Shown: in pieces, positions 39,282-47,984 of the stretch
Layout: every line of letters starts with the position of its first letter
Position numbering within the stretch: the first letter of the stretch is position 1
From: an uncultured Acidobacteriota bacterium
GTDB lineage: Bacteria; Acidobacteriota; Vicinamibacteria; Vicinamibacterales; UBA823
Direction of reading: 5' to 3'
Assembly: GCA_913052135.1 (NCBI GenBank)
Contig: CAJXDY010000002.1
Location: 33,820-97,819, forward strand
DNA length: 64,000 nt
Notes under the pieces: generated by a model
Seen by the model: the letters and a program-made list of their open reading frames with translations, nothing else
What the model was told of the DNA's origin: nothing
Database searches by the model: none
Translations under genes and position numbers: made by a program

Positions 39282-40631
39282 TCAGTTTATACGTTGTTGG
39301 TCCGCACCGCGCTTGCTTAATTGACTTCGGATGATTTTGGTGAAAAGACCAGGCCGCATAACGTTACTTCGAGGTAGGGCATGTCCAATGATGCTCATCA
39401 CCTCGTCCGCCCAAAGATGATTATGGGCTGCATGAAGCATGATTTTATCCAAAAGCCTTTGGTCGCGATGTAATCGCTGAAGTAACCGCCCCAACACGAA
39501 ATCCAGCCCAAAAGCTTTCCGCCAAGCTTTCTCATAGCTCCGGAGTGGCGTCTGGTGATGAAGAAACATGCCTGATAGCAGGGCCTGGTGACTCGCGGTA
39601 CTAGCCAGAAGGCCACTACTGACAGCTGTATGTATTCCATGACCTGTAAATGGATCTACGAATCCGGCGGCATCACCCACCAATAAAAGGCCATCCGTCA
39701 CAGTTCGCCGAGTTAGGTGTGGACCGGGCAGCAACCAACCTGCCATTGGGGCACAACCATCCAAATTGACACGTTGTCCGATTCTCTTGCGAAATATACT
39801 TTCGAGGTTGGTTCGTGTCGGCCTGGTCGGTGAATCAAAAGTACCAATACCGACATTTGCCATTCCATGCGGGCCAGGCACCAGCCAGCAGCAACCCCTT
39901 TTCAGATTAGCATCTGCGAATACCTCAAAAATTCGTTCTTGTTGCGGATATTGCACATAAGTTCGAAGTGCAACGCTATAGCCCCGATTAGAATTTCTCG
40001 GTTGGTGAAGTCCGCTGCGCTGTCCAAAACGGCTAAATGCGCCGTTGGCAGCGATGACCAAGGGTGCATGATAGTTTTTTACACTCGACCTATTTCGAAC
40101 TTTGACGATATTAACTTGTTTCTGTTGATCCCAAGTGACTTCCTCAACGGAGTGGCGTTCACGCAAGTCGGCACCACATCCCTCAGCATGGCGTGCCAGG
40201 CGTTCATCGAATAATACTCGAGGTAAGATTCGCCACGGTTGATGGTTACCTTGTCGATCACGGAATGTTCCGGTTGCATGAATATTTGTCGCCGTAGTGA
40301 ATCCGCACCCATGAATCGTAGCCGCATCGCCGGCCAGAATATCGAGGCTGGTTCCAATGGCACTTAAGGGTTTCTGGAGAGATGGTAAAAGTACGTCACC
40401 ACAAACCTTATCGCGTGGAAAACTTTCGCGTTCGAGCAGTAAGACACGATGACCGCGTCGGGCAAGGTCGGCAGCCGCTGAGCTGCCGGCCGGACCTGCC
40501 CCGACGACAATAACATCGGCATCCCAAGATTGTCGTAACATGTGAGCAGGTAGGAGTCTCCCACGGATCCTGCGGGAATAGCAATGATCGCTAGAGCTAC
40601 GATCTGTTGCTTTACGTCGTTTGACAGGCAT
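39282..40631 (-). CDS. Geranylgeranyl reductase-family FAD oxidoreductase
   Basis: GAGPAG, FPRDKVCGD, FDERL, GDAAGFVDPFTGHGI; true start may be ATG 40541. Confidence 0.85.
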   Translation of the reverse strand: MPVKRRKATDRSSSDHCYSRRIRGRLLPAHMLRQSWDADVIVVGAGPAGSSAAADLARRGHRVLLLERESFPRDKVCGDVLLPSLQKPLSAIGTSLDILAGDAATIHGCGFTTATNIHATGTFRDRQGNHQPWRILPRVLFDERLARHAEGCGADLRERHSVEEVTWDQQKQVNIVKVRNRSSVKNYHAPLVIAANGAFSRFGQRSGLHQPRNSNRGYSVALRTYVQYPQQERIFEVFADANLKRGCCWLVPGPHGMANVGIGTFDSPTRPTRTNLESIFRKRIGQRVNLDGCAPMAGWLLPGPHLTRRTVTDGLLLVGDAAGFVDPFTGHGIHTAVSSGLLASTASHQALLSGMFLHHQTPLRSYEKAWRKAFGLDFVLGRLLQRLHRDQRLLDKIMLHAAHNHLWADEVMSIIGHALPRSNVMRPGLFTKIIRSQLSKRGADQQRIN

Positions 40632-40711
40632 ACTTCTAGTTCATTGATTGTGTGTCAAGCCTTGGTTGATAAACTATGACCGAAGTTATACCTGAGGGAT
40701 ATTAATCAGCG

Positions 40712-41893
40712 ATGCAGTCGATTGTCGTTCACTACCAAGAACTTGTACTGAAGGGCAAAAACAGGCCTTGGTTTATCGCTCGCCTTGTCAGAAATCTCAA
40801 AGAAGCGACGGCTGACCTTCATGTGATTTCAGTACGGGCACTCCCGGGTCGTATTGAAATGGTGTTGGGTGTAGAGACTGAATGGCCGCTTGTTCGAGAA
40901 CGGGTCACTAAGATTTTTGGCGTGGCTAATTTTGCGTTGGCTCGACGCGTAACTGGTGACCTTGATGCTGTCGCGGGTTCTATTTTGGACGATCTTGCCG
41001 ATACTCAAACTAGTAGTTTTCGCGTCAAAACACGTCGCACTGACAAACGATATCCATTGACTTCGCCTCAAATTGATCGAGAGATAGGCGGACGTATCAA
41101 GAGGGTAAAGGGATGGCCTGTAAATCTCTCACTTCCGGACCTGACTATTTATGTTGAGATGCTTACCGATAGCACATTCTATTATTTCGACAAGATTCCG
41201 GGGCCAGGTGGACTACCTAGCGGAGTGAGTGGTCGAGTGCTGTGCCTCCAATCGGGCGGCATTGATTCACCTGTTGCGGCCTACCGGATGATGAAGCGTG
41301 GATGCCGCGTGCAATTCATTCATTTTCATAGCTATCCAATTCTTTCAAAAGCTTCTCAGGACAAAGTTCGGGAAATAGTGATGCTGCTGACAAAGCACCA
41401 GTTGCACTCTCGTCTATTTATGGTGGCGTTTGGAGAAATTCAGCAACAGGTTGTCTTACGAGTGCCGCCTCCCCTGCGCGTCGTTGTGTACCGACGTCTA
41501 ATGCTGCGCATAGCCGACCACTTTGCGCGTCAACAGAAGGCGAAAGCCCTCGTTACCGGAGAGGCCATGGGGCAGGTTGCATCGCAAACTCTCGACAATA
41601 TTGCGACCATTAATGCCGTTACTAACCTGCCCATCTTTCGACCTTTAATCGGTCTTGACAAGGAAGAGATCACAATCGAGGCGCGTAAGATCGAAACATA
41701 CCCTATTTCGATTATTCCCGACCAGGATTGTTGCCAACTCTTTATACCTAAGCATCCTTCAACCAAGGCCAAATTGCAGGCAGTACAAGAAGCCGAGAGT
41801 GAATTACCGGTTGACGATTTGGTCCATCAAGCCGTAGTTGAGGTAGTTCGTGAAGACATGACCTTTCCAGGTCACAGTCAAGTTACGGACTAG
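40712..41893 (+). CDS. thiI: tRNA 4-thiouridine synthase (no rhodanese domain)
   Basis: HYQELVLKGKNR, THUMP domain, SGGIDS PP-loop, GQVASQT, DCC. Confidence 0.93.
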   Translation: MQSIVVHYQELVLKGKNRPWFIARLVRNLKEATADLHVISVRALPGRIEMVLGVETEWPLVRERVTKIFGVANFALARRVTGDLDAVAGSILDDLADTQTSSFRVKTRRTDKRYPLTSPQIDREIGGRIKRVKGWPVNLSLPDLTIYVEMLTDSTFYYFDKIPGPGGLPSGVSGRVLCLQSGGIDSPVAAYRMMKRGCRVQFIHFHSYPILSKASQDKVREIVMLLTKHQLHSRLFMVAFGEIQQQVVLRVPPPLRVVVYRRLMLRIADHFARQQKAKALVTGEAMGQVASQTLDNIATINAVTNLPIFRPLIGLDKEEITIEARKIETYPISIIPDQDCCQLFIPKHPSTKAKLQAVQEAESELPVDDLVHQAVVEVVREDMTFPGHSQVTD

Positions 41894-41924
41894 TCAAAAC
41901 TATTGCTTACACTGTAATTGGGCG

Positions 41925-42461
41925 TTACCTGTTTAACGGATGGAGAATGCCATCCAAATAGTCATGCAGAGCATCTTGAGTGCTACGAAAAGCCAGTTCT
42001 TCCCAGGGAATCGCACTGACTTCAAATAGCCTGATTTCCAGAGATTCGTCGTCGGTGCAGAGTTCACCACCTGTTGCGGTTGCAGCGTACACCACAATGA
42101 TGGGCGTCCGACCTCGATAGGAATAGATGTTAATCAGGCCGTCAATCCGAACTTGAAGACCTGATTCTTCAAGTGCTTCTCTTTGAGCGGCACCCACGAT
42201 CTCTTCGCCTCGGTCAACGTAACCCCCAGGAAACACCCACTTGCCGTATCCGGGTTCGATCCCGCGTCGGACAAACACAATCCGTCCGTCAGTTGCTTTA
42301 ATAATTGTTCCCACGGCAAGTTTAGGATCAAGATAGAAGATATAGCCGCACACGCTGCAAAGAAGTCTTTTGGGTTCCCCTTCTTTTAACAGCCGGTGTT
42401 CGAGTTTAGCGCTGCAGACTGGGCAGAAGCGGTATTCTGGGGAATGCTGGCTATCTATCAT
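41925..42461 (-). CDS. Nudix hydrolase with an N-terminal zinc ribbon
   Basis: FCPVC...CSVCG, GGYVDRGE...REALEESG. Confidence 0.88.
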   Translation of the reverse strand: MIDSQHSPEYRFCPVCSAKLEHRLLKEGEPKRLLCSVCGYIFYLDPKLAVGTIIKATDGRIVFVRRGIEPGYGKWVFPGGYVDRGEEIVGAAQREALEESGLQVRIDGLINIYSYRGRTPIIVVYAATATGGELCTDDESLEIRLFEVSAIPWEELAFRSTQDALHDYLDGILHPLNR

Positions 42462-42513
42462 CTGGTGCCACAGTCGTGTCAGATGTGCCGAAAAAAGCGT
42501 GGCCAACGTACCG

Positions 42514-42519
42514 TATAAT
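42514..42519 (+). promoter_or_regulatory. TATAAT -10 box 7 nt upstream of the def ATG; probable leaderless transcript
   Basis: ccgTATAATcgcgaagATG, no SD. Confidence 0.55.
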
Positions 42520-42526
42520 CGCGAAG

Positions 42527-43042
42527 ATGTCTATTCTGAAGATTGCACGCATGGGTCATCCTATCTTGCGGCGTCGAGCACGCCCAGTGGATTTACTAGA
42601 GCTGACCACTGCACCGATACAAAAGCTGATCGACGACATGATTACAACAATGAAAGAGTATCAGGGAATTGGTCTAGCTGGTCCTCAGGTACACGAAGAT
42701 CTGCGGCTGTTCGTGGTAGGTGTTGAGAACGGTGACGATCCAATGCCGCTCACGGTCATTGTCAATCCCGAGCTGACTCTCCTGGAAGATACATCAGTCG
42801 ATGATTGGGAAGGATGCTTGAGTATTCCAGACGTACGGGGTCGTGTACCACGGGCGCCAGAAATTAATGTCCGCGGTTTTGATCGGCAGGGAAAGCCTCT
42901 CCAATTCACTGCGCGTGGTATGGCTGCTCGCGTGATCCAGCATGAAACTGACCATCTTGATGGCATTCTTTTTCTAGATCGGATGAAAACATTCGAATCA
43001 CTGGCCTTTATGGAGGAGTACAGTCGTTTCTTGGCTGAATAG
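42527..43042 (+). CDS. def: Peptide deformylase
   Basis: GIGLAGPQV, EGCLS, QHETDHL. Confidence 0.96.
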   Translation: MSILKIARMGHPILRRRARPVDLLELTTAPIQKLIDDMITTMKEYQGIGLAGPQVHEDLRLFVVGVENGDDPMPLTVIVNPELTLLEDTSVDDWEGCLSIPDVRGRVPRAPEINVRGFDRQGKPLQFTARGMAARVIQHETDHLDGILFLDRMKTFESLAFMEEYSRFLAE

Positions 43043-43053
43043 CCTTTTACGAC

Positions 43054-44658
43054 TTATGTAGCTTGACGCCGTTTTTCACTAGCGCGTTCCGCCTTCAATC
43101 GTTCCAAATCAATCTCGCTATGATCGGCGAATTTCATAGCCGCAGCGACTGCCTGATGTCCAGCTTGTTCCCCAATGAGTTTATGCATTTTTTGGCTCAC
43201 GCGTCGATAGGCAGGATGTCCTTGGGGAGCGCTACGAAGTTCGATAAGGTGCATTGCCTCGCGCGCATTCATCTGCATATAGAAACGAACTCGATAGGCC
43301 ATTGAAATGGCATACGATGCAATTCGTTCCAGGCCGCGAGTAATTAAGGTGTCGTAAAGATCGGCTGTTGTTGTCATAACCTTCTGCCAGTCGTTGAGCG
43401 CACCCACTTCTTCAATTGCGGCGGGTTCCGTGAAGCCATGGGCAGGTGTGAGGTTTTGCCACTCAAGAGTAAGGAGGCGATGTCGCTGCAAATCTCTGAA
43501 AGCCCCGTAGTCAGATAGCACATCGAATCGGTACGTCGCTCGTTCAAAGGCACGTCCAGGCTTGTGGCGGCGATTGGTTCTGTTACCCACATAGGCCTGA
43601 AGGACAGATACACGTTCCTCTGTGGACATCGACCGGGCTATCGAGAGTAGCTGATCGTCTGGCAGTCGTGACACGGCGTAGAGAGCCCCAGCCACAATTT
43701 TAATTTCACCATCGGGGTCGTAATCAGTCAGCACAACTTCGTCTTGAGGTTCCGGCTTGATTTGTTCTAGGACGGTCGCTGACAAGCGTTGCATATCGGT
43801 TTGGTTTTCCGCCAGGTACTTACTCCAGCGTTCACCGCGATCTGGTCGGTCGACTCGGGTTAAGAATGCGGGAATCACCTTACGTAGTTCTGTGAGCATT
43901 GCGGCAGCGTACTGCTGAGCCTCAGCCAGCGGGTTTGCACGCATCTGTAGAAGCAAGGCCTCGTACGCCTGTCCCGAGCCGTAGATACCAACGTTCGACT
44001 GGGTTGCTGCCGGTAACAGGCCACGAAGTGTATCGAGTGCTTTAGCTCTGATTGCTGCTCGGTAAACACCATCGGAATCGCTTGTCGCCTTCGGAAATCG
44101 TTTTCGATAATGAGCCTGCATAGGTTCTAGCCAGTGTGCATAGGTTGCGAAAGCAGCATCGAGCGTTTCGGTATAGTGCTTCCAGAGCACTGGATCTTTA
44201 ATTTCCTCAGGAATCAGGTATTTCCAGCGACCGTTCGACTGATCAGTGTATGGCACGTAACGTGTCGATTGCTCTAGGTACGACATGAGTCGCCCGCGTT
44301 CGAGAATCTTAGTTAAAATATTAGAAGCACCTTCACAGGCGATGTGGGCACCACCCAGTTGTGCCACTGAATCATCCCCGTAATCAGAGAACACCCGCGT
44401 ATAGAGTTTCTCAGCACGTTCGACACCAACTTCTGAAGTTGTTACGGCAGTCGCTGCCATGTCGCTAGAGAACTCGTCCAAAAAAAGACGGCGCAGGGAT
44501 TTTGCGGACCGTGAATATCGCGCGAAAAGGGCACCCTTTACTACCTCAGGTAGATTCGTGATAGCAAAGACTGGGCTATCGAGATTGGTGAAATATGGCG
44601 TTAGAGTTAGGCGTTCATTGGCCGTAAATTCTTCGTGGCCAGAAAGTACGTTAGGCAC
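43054..44658 (-). CDS. thyX: Flavin-dependent thymidylate synthase, long tandem-domain form
   Basis: N-half ERGRLMSYLEQSTRY; C-half FRDLQRHR and LIELRS; 534 aa. Confidence 0.85.
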   Translation of the reverse strand: MPNVLSGHEEFTANERLTLTPYFTNLDSPVFAITNLPEVVKGALFARYSRSAKSLRRLFLDEFSSDMAATAVTTSEVGVERAEKLYTRVFSDYGDDSVAQLGGAHIACEGASNILTKILERGRLMSYLEQSTRYVPYTDQSNGRWKYLIPEEIKDPVLWKHYTETLDAAFATYAHWLEPMQAHYRKRFPKATSDSDGVYRAAIRAKALDTLRGLLPAATQSNVGIYGSGQAYEALLLQMRANPLAEAQQYAAAMLTELRKVIPAFLTRVDRPDRGERWSKYLAENQTDMQRLSATVLEQIKPEPQDEVVLTDYDPDGEIKIVAGALYAVSRLPDDQLLSIARSMSTEERVSVLQAYVGNRTNRRHKPGRAFERATYRFDVLSDYGAFRDLQRHRLLTLEWQNLTPAHGFTEPAAIEEVGALNDWQKVMTTTADLYDTLITRGLERIASYAISMAYRVRFYMQMNAREAMHLIELRSAPQGHPAYRRVSQKMHKLIGEQAGHQAVAAAMKFADHSEIDLERLKAERASEKRRQAT

Positions 44659-44764
44659 AGAGATATAATAAACTCGGTACCCCGCGTATGGTCAATTGTT
44701 CTGCTTCAATCGTGCTAACCTACGCTCGATTACAGTGTGTCTGGATACATCGACCGAATGTCCT

Positions 44765-45226
44765 ATGAGTGTTACTTTTTGTTACAAGATCGAGGTGCGT
44801 TTTCGCGATTGCGATGAATTTGGTCATGTGAATAACGCCGTATATTTCACATATCTTGAAGAAACCCGCCATGTCTACCTCAGACATCTAGCTAGTCAAG
44901 GTGTATCCAGTAACGCCGCTGATGAAAAACTGCCGCACGGGTTTGTGCTCGTCCGGACCGAATGCGATTTTCTCTCCGAGGCATTACCAGGCGACTGGCT
45001 TGAGATTCAGTTGCGTGTATCGAAAATCGGTCGGTCAAGCTTCGGATACGAATACGAAATAATGAATACTTCCAAGAGTCAGTTGGTAGCACGGGCGAAA
45101 TCAGTTCACGTAGCTTACGATCGCATAAAGAAACGGTCGCAACCGATCCCCGAAGAGTTCCGTGCGGTCCTTGAACGTGCGATGCAAGGATTATCTGAAA
45201 CATCGATTGATGTTGTTTCGGACTGA
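44765..45226 (+). CDS. Acyl-CoA thioesterase (4HBT/YbgC hotdog family)
   Basis: VRFRDCDEFGHVNNAVYFTYLEETR. Confidence 0.88.
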   Translation: MSVTFCYKIEVRFRDCDEFGHVNNAVYFTYLEETRHVYLRHLASQGVSSNAADEKLPHGFVLVRTECDFLSEALPGDWLEIQLRVSKIGRSSFGYEYEIMNTSKSQLVARAKSVHVAYDRIKKRSQPIPEEFRAVLERAMQGLSETSIDVVSD

Positions 45227-45257
45227 CAAATTTCCATTGCACAAGGAGACAGCAGGC

Positions 45258-45473
45258 ATGATTTACATATTTGGCAAGGATACGTGACCGTACACAGTAG
45301 CTGCCCGTGAAAATTACGAAAGGCAGCAGATTGCTGTTGATTACATCAACGTAAAGCAGGATCCTGCGGGTCTAGAACGTATGCTCAAGTATAGCAATGG
45401 TCGTCGCGATGTTCCTGTAATTGTAGACGACGGCACGGTGACGATTGGATACGGTGGAAGCTGAAAGGTTTAA
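45258..45473 (+). CDS. UXX-star-type glutaredoxin-like selenoprotein with two in-frame UGA (Sec10, Sec69), 71 aa
   Basis: AGGAGA SD, then MIYIFGKDT-U-PYTVAARENYERQQIAVDYINVKQDPAGLERMLKYSNGRRDVPVIVDDGTVTIGYGGS-U-KV-stop(TAA); UGA at 45285-87 and 45462-64; SECIS-like hairpin after each. Confidence 0.88.
45300..45327 (+). promoter_or_regulatory. SECIS-like hairpin for UGA 45285
   Basis: GCTGCC/GGCAGC lower stem, CGT/ACG upper stem, loop GAAAATT starting 21 nt after the UGA. Confidence 0.6.
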
Positions 45474-45479
45474 TTGTGA

Positions 45480-45495
45480 TCTGCCGGTCGGCAGA
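45480..45495 (+). promoter_or_regulatory. SECIS-like hairpin for UGA 45462 (in the 3' UTR)
   Basis: TCTGCC-GGTC-GGCAGA; loop starts 21 nt after the UGA and has the GGUC core of the E. coli fdhF SECIS loop. Confidence 0.72.
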
Positions 45496-45612
45496 ACTAG
45501 TCAAGTTGGTAAAGTGGTTTCATGCGTGCATTGTTTAGTAAGGCAAGGCGTCGAAAGTCTTGCCCTCATTTGACTGAATTGCGGTCGTGTTATTCGGTAG
45601 ACATGGTTGGTG

Positions 45613-46431
45613 ATGCGGCATGAGTTAATTTTCGTCGGCAATCCGGGGCCGCTTACAGGAGCTGGTAACAATACTTATTTGCTGCCAGGTCTGGAACCAA
45701 CCCTGATTGATGCCGGAACAGGGCAAGACACGCATCTTCTTGCGCTTGCAGCCAAGTTAGACGAGTCGAATGCGAGATTATCCCAAAAAAAAGACTTACT
45801 CGCCAAGGTCCTAGTTACCCATTGCCATTCTGACCACGTATCTGGGGTTCCCGCAATTGCGGAACGATGGCCATTAGCTGTTTTTGCCAAAATGCCATGG
45901 AAGGATCAGGATGAGCAGTACCGTGTTTCTTGGAAGGCTTTGGAAGACGGCGATCTTATTCCAGCTGGTGATTCCACACTCCAGGTTGTCCACACGCCAG
46001 GTCACTCGCCGGATCACCTATGTTTCTTTGATCGCGAATCAGGGACGTTGTTCTCAGGCGATCTCGTTATCGCGGGAAGTAGTGTAGTGATTCCAGCTAG
46101 CGCTGGTGGAGATCTGGTGGCGTACCTGAATTCCTTGCGCTTAGTTTTATCGATGAAACCAGCTTGTCTGCTTCCAGCACATGGTTGCTCCATCGACGAA
46201 CCAAATACGGTCATTCAAGCGTATCTAGATCATCGTCAGCAACGTGAAGATCAAGTTATTGCAGCACTTCGACAAGGCGCGAAAACGATCGATGACATTA
46301 TCAGCAATGTGTACGAACCATTGGACTCTGGGTTAATCCGTGCGGCTCAGGAGAACGTACTGGCTCATTTGACGAAGCTCGTGTCTGAAGGTCGAGCTGC
46401 ACATGATGGTACGGTATGGTGGATGTCATGA
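45613..46431 (+). CDS. MBL-fold metallo-hydrolase (LACTB2-like, C-terminal winged helix)
   Basis: GNNTY, THCHSDH, TPGHSPDH, SGDL, PAHG, YLDHRQQRE. Confidence 0.88.
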   Translation: MRHELIFVGNPGPLTGAGNNTYLLPGLEPTLIDAGTGQDTHLLALAAKLDESNARLSQKKDLLAKVLVTHCHSDHVSGVPAIAERWPLAVFAKMPWKDQDEQYRVSWKALEDGDLIPAGDSTLQVVHTPGHSPDHLCFFDRESGTLFSGDLVIAGSSVVIPASAGGDLVAYLNSLRLVLSMKPACLLPAHGCSIDEPNTVIQAYLDHRQQREDQVIAALRQGAKTIDDIISNVYEPLDSGLIRAAQENVLAHLTKLVSEGRAAHDGTVWWMS

Positions 46432-46500
46432 GATGGTTTTGCTTGGATTCAAGTCTTCTGTCCTCACTGACTTTAGTAAAGACACTAGGTAGGTTCACAA

Positions 46501-47880
46501 ATGAATGATGTGATTGATTTCATCAACATGAATCGTGACCGGTTCGTTGATGAATTGAAAGAATATCTGGCCATTCCCAGTATCAGTGCACTGCCGGCAC
46601 ATGTCGGGGATGTTCGGCGATGTGCTGAGTGGACTGCTGACGAGATGCGTCGAATCGGGGTTCCAGAGGTAGAACTGATCGAGACGCCTGGGCATCCGAT
46701 TGTCTATGGTCAGTGGCTTGGTGCGGAAGGCGCTCCGACGGTTCTCTTTTATGGGCATTATGATGTTCAACCTGTGGATCCATTGGACTTATGGGAATCG
46801 CCGCCGTTCGAAGCCACAATCCGGAACGGAGAGATCTACGCACGCGGTGCAGCCGATGATAAGGGGCAAGTGTTTATGCACCTGAAAGCCATGGAAGCCT
46901 GTCTGTCGCGAGGCGAGCGTTTACCCGTGAATATTAAAGTCGTCCTTGAAGGAGAAGAAGAGATCGGCAGCGTTCATTTAGATAGTTTCATTCGTGAACA
47001 GAAGGAACGACTTGCAGCTGATGTGCTTGTGATTTCTGATTCACCGATGTTTGATCGCGGTGTTCCGTCAATCTGCTACGCGCTGCGCGGGTTGACATAC
47101 TACCAAATCGATTTACAAGGTACGACTCAAGATCTGCATTCGGGTTCGTTTGGTGGTGCAGTTGCAAACCCAGCATTCGTTCTTGCACAGGTTCTGTCAC
47201 AGATGAAAGACCGGAGCGGGCGTGTCAAAGTACCAGGCTTTTATGATGATGTTCGTGTGCTTAGCGATGACGAACGAGTTGAATTTAAAAAATTACCTTT
47301 CAATGAAAAACACTATCGTCAGGAAATTGGCGCACCTCGCTTGTTTGGCGAAAAAGGTTACTCGACACTTGAACGTGTTTCAGCGCGCCCTACGTTTGAG
47401 GTCAACGGACTGTCGTCTGGATTTATCGGTGAAGGCGCGAAAACCGTAATACCTGCTCTAGCAATGGCGAAGGTCAGTATGCGCTTGGTTCCAGACCAAC
47501 GGCCTGACAAAATTACGAAGTTGTTTGAGGATTACCTTAAGAAGGTCACTCCCAAGACTGTTGCACTAAAGATTACGAGGATGAGTGGAGGGTTGCCCTG
47601 GATCACGGAATTTAGCCACCCCTTTGTTCAGGCTACGGCGCGTGCGATTGAACGCGGATTCGGTCGGCGACCAATCTTTACTCGAGAAGGTGGTTCGATT
47701 CCGGTCGTCTCAACATTTCAAGAAGTACTCGGCCTTCCAGCGGTACTGTTTGGTGTTGGACTGCCTGATGAGAACGCTCATGCTCCGAATGAACGCCTCG
47801 ATTTAGGTAATTTTCACAATGGGGTTATTTCATCGGCTTGTTTGTATGACGAGATCTCACGGGTGGGACGACTACACTGA
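46501..47880 (+). CDS. M20-family dipeptidase (ArgE/DapE/CNDP-like)
   Basis: YGHYDVQP, RGAADDKG, EGEEE, DLHSG, HAPNE. Confidence 0.93.
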   Translation: MNDVIDFINMNRDRFVDELKEYLAIPSISALPAHVGDVRRCAEWTADEMRRIGVPEVELIETPGHPIVYGQWLGAEGAPTVLFYGHYDVQPVDPLDLWESPPFEATIRNGEIYARGAADDKGQVFMHLKAMEACLSRGERLPVNIKVVLEGEEEIGSVHLDSFIREQKERLAADVLVISDSPMFDRGVPSICYALRGLTYYQIDLQGTTQDLHSGSFGGAVANPAFVLAQVLSQMKDRSGRVKVPGFYDDVRVLSDDERVEFKKLPFNEKHYRQEIGAPRLFGEKGYSTLERVSARPTFEVNGLSSGFIGEGAKTVIPALAMAKVSMRLVPDQRPDKITKLFEDYLKKVTPKTVALKITRMSGGLPWITEFSHPFVQATARAIERGFGRRPIFTREGGSIPVVSTFQEVLGLPAVLFGVGLPDENAHAPNERLDLGNFHNGVISSACLYDEISRVGRLH

Positions 47881-47984
47881 CCATGTGGTGGAGGTTTGTC
47901 AGGATGTTCTCTCGCTGGTGGAGTTCAGCGTCTGCTCAGGTTCGGGTTTTTCTTGAAGGGTGTTTAGTTGATTAATACAAGTTC

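Noticed and set aside
45542-45564. c-di-GMP-I (GEMM) riboswitch in the GAAA-containing hairpin
   Set aside because: It lacks the GACGCAAAGCC receptor segment and a second stem; treated as a simple hairpin.
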